Origin: Raja brachyura
Lineage: Eukaryota
NCBI GenBank assembly: GCA_963514005.1
Contig: OY740781.1
Span: 23,560,001 to 23,624,000 of the forward strand
Direction: 5' to 3'
Length of the DNA stretch: 64,000 nucleotides
Part shown: positions 58,720 to 64,000 of the stretch, piece after piece
Layout: each line of letters starts with the position of its first letter
Numbering within the stretch: position 1 is the stretch's first letter
The notes under the pieces: model-generated
What the model was told of the DNA's origin: nothing
What the model saw: only the letters and a program-made list of their open reading frames with translations
Database searches by the model: none
Made by a program: the position numbers and the translations under genes

Positions 58720-59530
58720 GAGACAGGAGATTGCTCTGGCAGATAGCATTAAGGATAGTCCCAAGAGATTTTATAAGTACATATAGGAAAAAAGGGTAAC
58801 CAGAGAGAGAGAGTGGGACCCCTCAGCAGTCAAAGCGGTCAACTCTACATGGAGCCACAGGAGATAGGCAAGATCCTCAGTGAGCATTTCTCCTCTGTTT
58901 TTACTGTGGAGAAAGACAGGAGGACAGAGGAACTTGGGGCAGTCACTGGACATGTCTTGAGAGCAGTCAGTGTTATGGTCATGGCAGTGCTGATGGTCCT
59001 GATGCGTATCAAGGTAGGAAAATCTCCTGGGCCTGATCAGATATGTCTGAGGATACTCTGGGAAGCGAGAAAGGAAATTGCAGAAGTCCTGGCTGTGATT
59101 TACGAGTCACCATTAAATACAAGCGAGGTGCTGGCAGGCTGGAGGGTAACAAATGTTGTGCCTCTACTCACGAAGAGCTGCAGGGAAAATGCTGGGAACT
59201 ACAGGTCAGTGAGCTTAACATCTTTGGTCAGAAAGTTACTAGAGAGTATTCAGAGGGGTGGGATATACATGCATTTAGATGGACAAGAGTAGATTAGGGG
59301 GAGGCAGCATGGTTTTGTACATTGTAGGCCGTATCTCATGAATCTGATTGAGTGTTTTGATGATGTGACTAAAAAGGTTGATGAGGGCAGAGTTGTAGAT
59401 GTTGTATATATGGATTTCAGTAAGGCATTCAACAAGGTTCTGCATGGCAGGCTGCTCGGGAAGGTTAGATCCAATGGGATCCAAGGAGAGATAATTTAAT
59501 GGATAGAAAACTGGCTTCATGGTAGGAAGC
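58720..59530 (+). mobile_element. Decayed CR1 ORF2 (linker and RT N-half)
   Basis: KSPGPDQICLRILWE, GNYRSVSLTSLVRKLLES, tatatggatttcagtaaggcattc (YMDFSKAF). Confidence 0.88.
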
Positions 59531-59539
59531 CCTCTTCAA

Positions 59540-59760
59540 CCACATATCCATCTGTCCTATTCCGTCCTGCTCTTTAACTTTCTGCCTAATGCCTTAAGCT
59601 CACATTGCAGAACCTCATCTCTATTTCTATCTATGTCCTTGCCCCCTCTGGCTGTTAAATCTTCACATTCAGAATGTTCTGTAATTGTGCTGAGACATGT
59701 TTGACCCTGGGACCAGGATGGCAAATACCATGCTGGAGTATCATTCTGGAGCACAGAAGC
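59540..59760 (-). mobile_element. CR1 ORF1 esterase (SGNH-like) fragment
   Basis: KDIDRNRDEVLQCELKALGRKLKSRTE and upstream tgccatcctggtcccagggtcaaacatgtc (C.PG.RVKHV). Confidence 0.6.
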
Positions 59761-59902
59761 ACATACTGTATCTGTCCCACACACTAATAAATGTCCCATC
59801 ACTCCCGTACTTTGTACCAGAGCCAACATTTGCGCCGCCAAGTTGGCTACAGATGTTGTTAGACGAGAGGCCATCTCATCTAACAATGTCCAAAATGATG
59901 TA

Positions 59903-60415
59903 GAGAGTCATAAAGACCCATAGAGTCATACAGCGTGGAAACAGACCCTTCAGCCTAACTTGCCCATGCCGACCAACATACCCCATCTACACTAGTGCTA
60001 ACTGCCTGCTTTTGGCCCATATCCCTCTAAGCCTACCCTATCCATATACCTGTCTAGATGTTTCTTAAACGTTGCAATAGTACCTGCCTCTGCTACCTCC
60101 TCTAGCAGCTTGTTCCATACACCCACTACCCTTTGTGTAAAAAAGTTACCTCTCAGGTTCCCGTCAAATCTTTCTCCCCTCATCTTAAACCTCTGTCCTA
60201 TGTTCCTCTGGGCATTTGCCCAATCTATTGCTCTCATGTATTTGTACACTTATATAAGATGACCCATCAACCTCCTGTGCTCCAAGGAATAAAGCTCTAA
60301 TCTGCACAACCTCTCCATATAGCTCAGTCCCTCCTGTGAGTACTGGAAACATCCTGGTAAATTTTCTCTGAACCCATTCAAGTTTGACAACATCTTTCCG
60401 ATAACATGGTGACCA
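59903..60415 (-). mobile_element. CR1 3' end
   Basis: FKMRGERFDGNLRGNFFTQRVVGVWNKL...HLDRYMDR; catagagtcata tail. Confidence 0.88.
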
Positions 60416-61181
60416 AAGCTTTAAGGGGGGACTCCTGCACTACCTCCTTTCATCTACTGGTCTTGGTAGTCACCCAACTCCTTTCTGTACCTGTGGTGTG
60501 ACAATGAAAAAAAAAGTGCAAGCTATGATGTTTTCTGCTTTCCTGATGCTCCGTAACAAGTCCAACTGCTCTTCCAACTGCACTATGCACTTTGCAGCTC
60601 AACGCACTTCCCACAGTTAAAGTCACCAAGGACATTGTAAACTTCACACCTGGCATAGCTATTCGCCTGCAGCAATATAGCAGTAACGTTTCAATGACTT
60701 CATATATGTCATGATGTTCACTTTTGATCAATGTTTCTCAATCTGAATTTTTTTTTTTAAGAGAATTTATTCTTGGAAACTGGTCGTCATTGGTACGAGC
60801 AGCATTCTATGCCCATTTATAGTTCCCAGCAGAGAATGCAGTGATATGCAATTTCCTGAGCAAGTGTAGTCTATTTTGTGAAGGTGCTCCCACATTGCTG
60901 CGAGATATTAAGTTCCACGATAAAGGAAGATTGATTTATGGAGTGATTTATATCCAAACCAGGATGCTGTTGGAGGGGAACTGGGAGGTGATCACATTTC
61001 ATGATCAGCTTTCATTTCAAATGCTGCTCTTTTGCCTTAACTTAAAATGGTAAAACTTAAAATGGAAAAGAAACATGTAGCCCAAATCAAATGAAAAACA
61101 GTGTTAATCACTTAGCCAGCAATATGCTGATATGTTAATTTTTTTTAAATGTGATAAATAGAATGTCATTATTGTGATATA

Positions 61182-61504
61182 GTTTTAGTTTAGTTTAGTT
61201 TAGTTTAGTTTAGTTACTGTATATGCAGCATGTAAACAGGCACTTTGGCCCGCCGAGTCTGCACATTAACACTACCCTACATACGCTTGGGACAACTTAC
61301 ACTTTTACCAAGCCAATTAAACTACAAACCTGTACGTCTTTTGAGTCTGGGAGGAATCTGAAGATCTCGGAGAAAACCCATGTGGTTACGGTGAGAACGT
61401 ACAAACTCCGTACAGACAGCACCCGTAGTCAGATTTGAACCCAGCTCCCTGACGCTGCAAGTGCTGTAAGGCAGCGACTCTAACACTGTGCTACCGTGCT
61501 GCCC
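61182..61504 (-). mobile_element. tRNA-derived SINE with (TTTAG)n tail
   Basis: Homologous to 19296-19606; tail repeats at 61182-61214. Confidence 0.88.
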
Positions 61505-62434
61505 TGCAGTGATTTGCATCACAACAAATACCATGGAAATCAGTAGAAAGAAACGTAAACTACCAATATTGGAAATTCCATAAGACTCTATACCACATGC
61601 ATTCTCTTATGAATAAGATTTTTAGAAAGTCTTTCAGCTTTTTCCGACTAAATATTTGTGGCAATATATGATAAGGAAATGTTAATATTCATCATGGCCA
61701 GATGAATCTGAAGGGGGATCCCGAACATTTGAATCTCCAACCACAGTCTCAAATATGTAAACATTTCTAAGCATTTCTCTGGTACCGCCAGAGAGATTTT
61801 TGTGGTTGTAACTTGCATGGAATGGCATTTGAAAATGTCAAGCTGTACTTACTAGAACTAGCCAGAGTGTGTCATCAAATGTCTGATTGGAAATGGACCA
61901 GCGAAATTTGGATGCAACATTTCAAATTCAGAAAATATATTGTAGGACTTTTTTTTCCTTCTGATCAATTTCCCCTTAAAAGTATTCTGCTTATGAAGTA
62001 GTTTGAAAGCAATTTGGAGGGTAACATTCAGACACATGTCATATGAATCTGAAGGGGATCCTAAACACTTGAATCTCCATCCCCAAGTCTTAAAGATGTG
62101 AGATATGTGTCTGTTCTGTCTGCATTATGTCAGGTAATCTCTACTGTCTGCTGTCTACTATCTGGACTTCTATAGTCTGGACTTCAGATGAATGAGAGGT
62201 GATCTCATTGAAATGAGATCATCTGAAGGTGCCTGACATGGTACAAACTGAGAAGATCCTCCCCTAAGAGAATCTAAAAAAGGGACCTGGTTTCAAAATA
62301 AAGATTTGTCCAATGATGACAGGATCAAGAAGGAATTTATTTTCTCAGAAGATTGATAATTATTGGACTTCAATTTATACTATTAAGGTGCAACCAAAGA
62401 TAGCTGTGCATGTCTCATCTCTGTCCTGGATGTT

Positions 62435-63105
62435 TGGCCTGTTGCAGCGCCAGAGACCCGGGTTCGATCCCGACTATGGGTGCTGTCTGCATGGCGTTTG
62501 AACGATCTCCCAGTGACCACATGGGTTTTCTCCGAGATCTTTGGTTTCCTCCCACACTCCAAAGACATATACGTTTGTAGGTTAATTGGCTTGGTGTGTG
62601 TGTAAATTGTCCCTAGAGTGTGTAGGATAATGTTAATATGCGGGGATCGATGGTCGATGCGGACGCGGTGGCCTGAAGGGCCTATTTCTGCACTGTGTCT
62701 CCAAACTAAAATCTCAACCTGAGGAAATATTCCTGCATCCACCCTGCCAAGCACTATAACAACTTTGTATCGTTCAATGAGATCACCTCTTATGTGAAGA
62801 TGTTTCCTGTGGTGGGAGGATTTAGGACTAGAGGACATAGCTTCAGAAAAAAAGATGCACCTTTAGAATAGGGTGCTGTCTGTACGAAGTTTATACGTTC
62901 TCCCCATGACCTGCGTGGCTTTTCTCTGGGTGCTCAGGTTTCCTTCCACACTTCAAAGTGTACAGGTTTGTGAGGCTAATTGGCTTGGTAAAATTGTATA
63001 TTGTTCCTAGAGTGTGCAAGACAGTGTTAGTATGCGGGGATCACTGATCTGCGCGGACTCGGTGGGCCGAAGGGCCTGTATCTCTAAATTAAACTAAACT
63101 AAACT
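62435..63105 (+). mobile_element. Two SINE copies (62435-62710, 62868-63105) separated by CR1 fragments
   Basis: B box gggttcgatccc at about 62460; conserved cores; aaactaaactaaact tail. Confidence 0.8.
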
Positions 63106-64000
63106 AATATAAGATTGAGCTTTTGGATATAAATGCTTTTCCAATAAATGTTTCGTCTAAAGTGCTGAATCCAAAGTGAAAGATTGATTTCTCCAGATAA
63201 AGTTTACTATTTGACAATAGAAAGATGCATTTACAATAATTGTGTCGCCCTGCTGGCAATAAAGATGGTTTGAATTTAAATTCCACTGCAGGAAAATGTG
63301 AACATGTGTAAGTCTGGTATTTTGCGGGTTTTCAGCTAACAAAACCAAGTTGAATTACTGGAATCTTGTAAAAATCCAATCAGTGTTTCCATAGTGGGCA
63401 AGTGACCCTTGTTTTAATAGCCTATATATGATCTGGCAATCTCCACCACAAGATTGGCTCTAACCACTCTTTCAATTGACTTAACAAGCCACTCAATTTA
63501 GAGGTGAGAATAATGTGTCTTGACCACATCCTGAGAAGAAATGGAAAATGAAAACCAATACTGAATGCTTCTGTAGGTACAACTGTGCTGTAATGGAATA
63601 ATCGTATTATTTGTTTCTTCATTTTTCAATATGGATTAATAAACCCAAAAGCAATATCACAAATAGTTCCATGAGATTATATTTCAAAGTCACCTCAAAA
63701 CCATTTAGAATGGGAACATTATGATTTTCAGATATAAGTTACTGTCTGTGCTGTCATTGTTTAATGTCTCATAACAAATACTTACCCCACAACTTTAATA
63801 GAGGCATGAATTCATTTAAAGCTGAATGATTACTGCTTCCATCATGAGAAGTTTTTATTATATTATATAATAGTTTCATTCAGTTTAGTTTAGTGTCACG
63901 TACACCGAGGCCAGTGAAAAGCTTTTGTTGTATGCGATCTAGTCAGTGGAAAGACTATAAGTTATTATATTTGAGCTGTCCACAGTGTACAGATACAGGA

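Noticed and set aside
60450-60731. 93-aa minus-strand ORF in unique DNA as an exon of a neighbouring gene such as CTBP1
   Set aside because: No similarity to CTBP1 or any family I recognise; no convincing splice pair.

Overview
Repeat-rich vertebrate genomic DNA. The repeat repertoire (CR1 LINEs, tRNA-derived SINEs, Penelope-derived short repeats, Rex1/Babar) points to a cartilaginous fish, probably a skate or ray (inference). Two protein-coding genes lie on the minus strand. The first is a p24/TMED cargo receptor, most likely TMED11, with exons 1-4 at 16958-3278 and the last exon off the left edge. The second is a complete spondin-2/mindin gene (SPON2, 5 coding exons at 42710-31456, 320 aa, all GT-AG and phase-consistent). 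Almost all long ORFs in the track are retroelement fragments. Most notable observations: (1) a deleted Gypsy element whose primer-binding site copies 46 nt of tRNA-Leu(CAA), with a mismatch exactly opposite m1A58; (2) ~550-bp inverted repeats bracketing TMED11 exon 1, created by a Penelope-associated templated insertion in the promoter; (3) an older duplicate of the TMED11 5' region from which exon 1 is deleted; (4) about 20 hammerhead-ribozyme-like cores in Penelope-derived repeats, several in long palindromes; (5) a strong CTCF motif and a cruciform-prone palindrome around the SPON2 promoter. Repeat boundaries are approximate unless termini are quoted.
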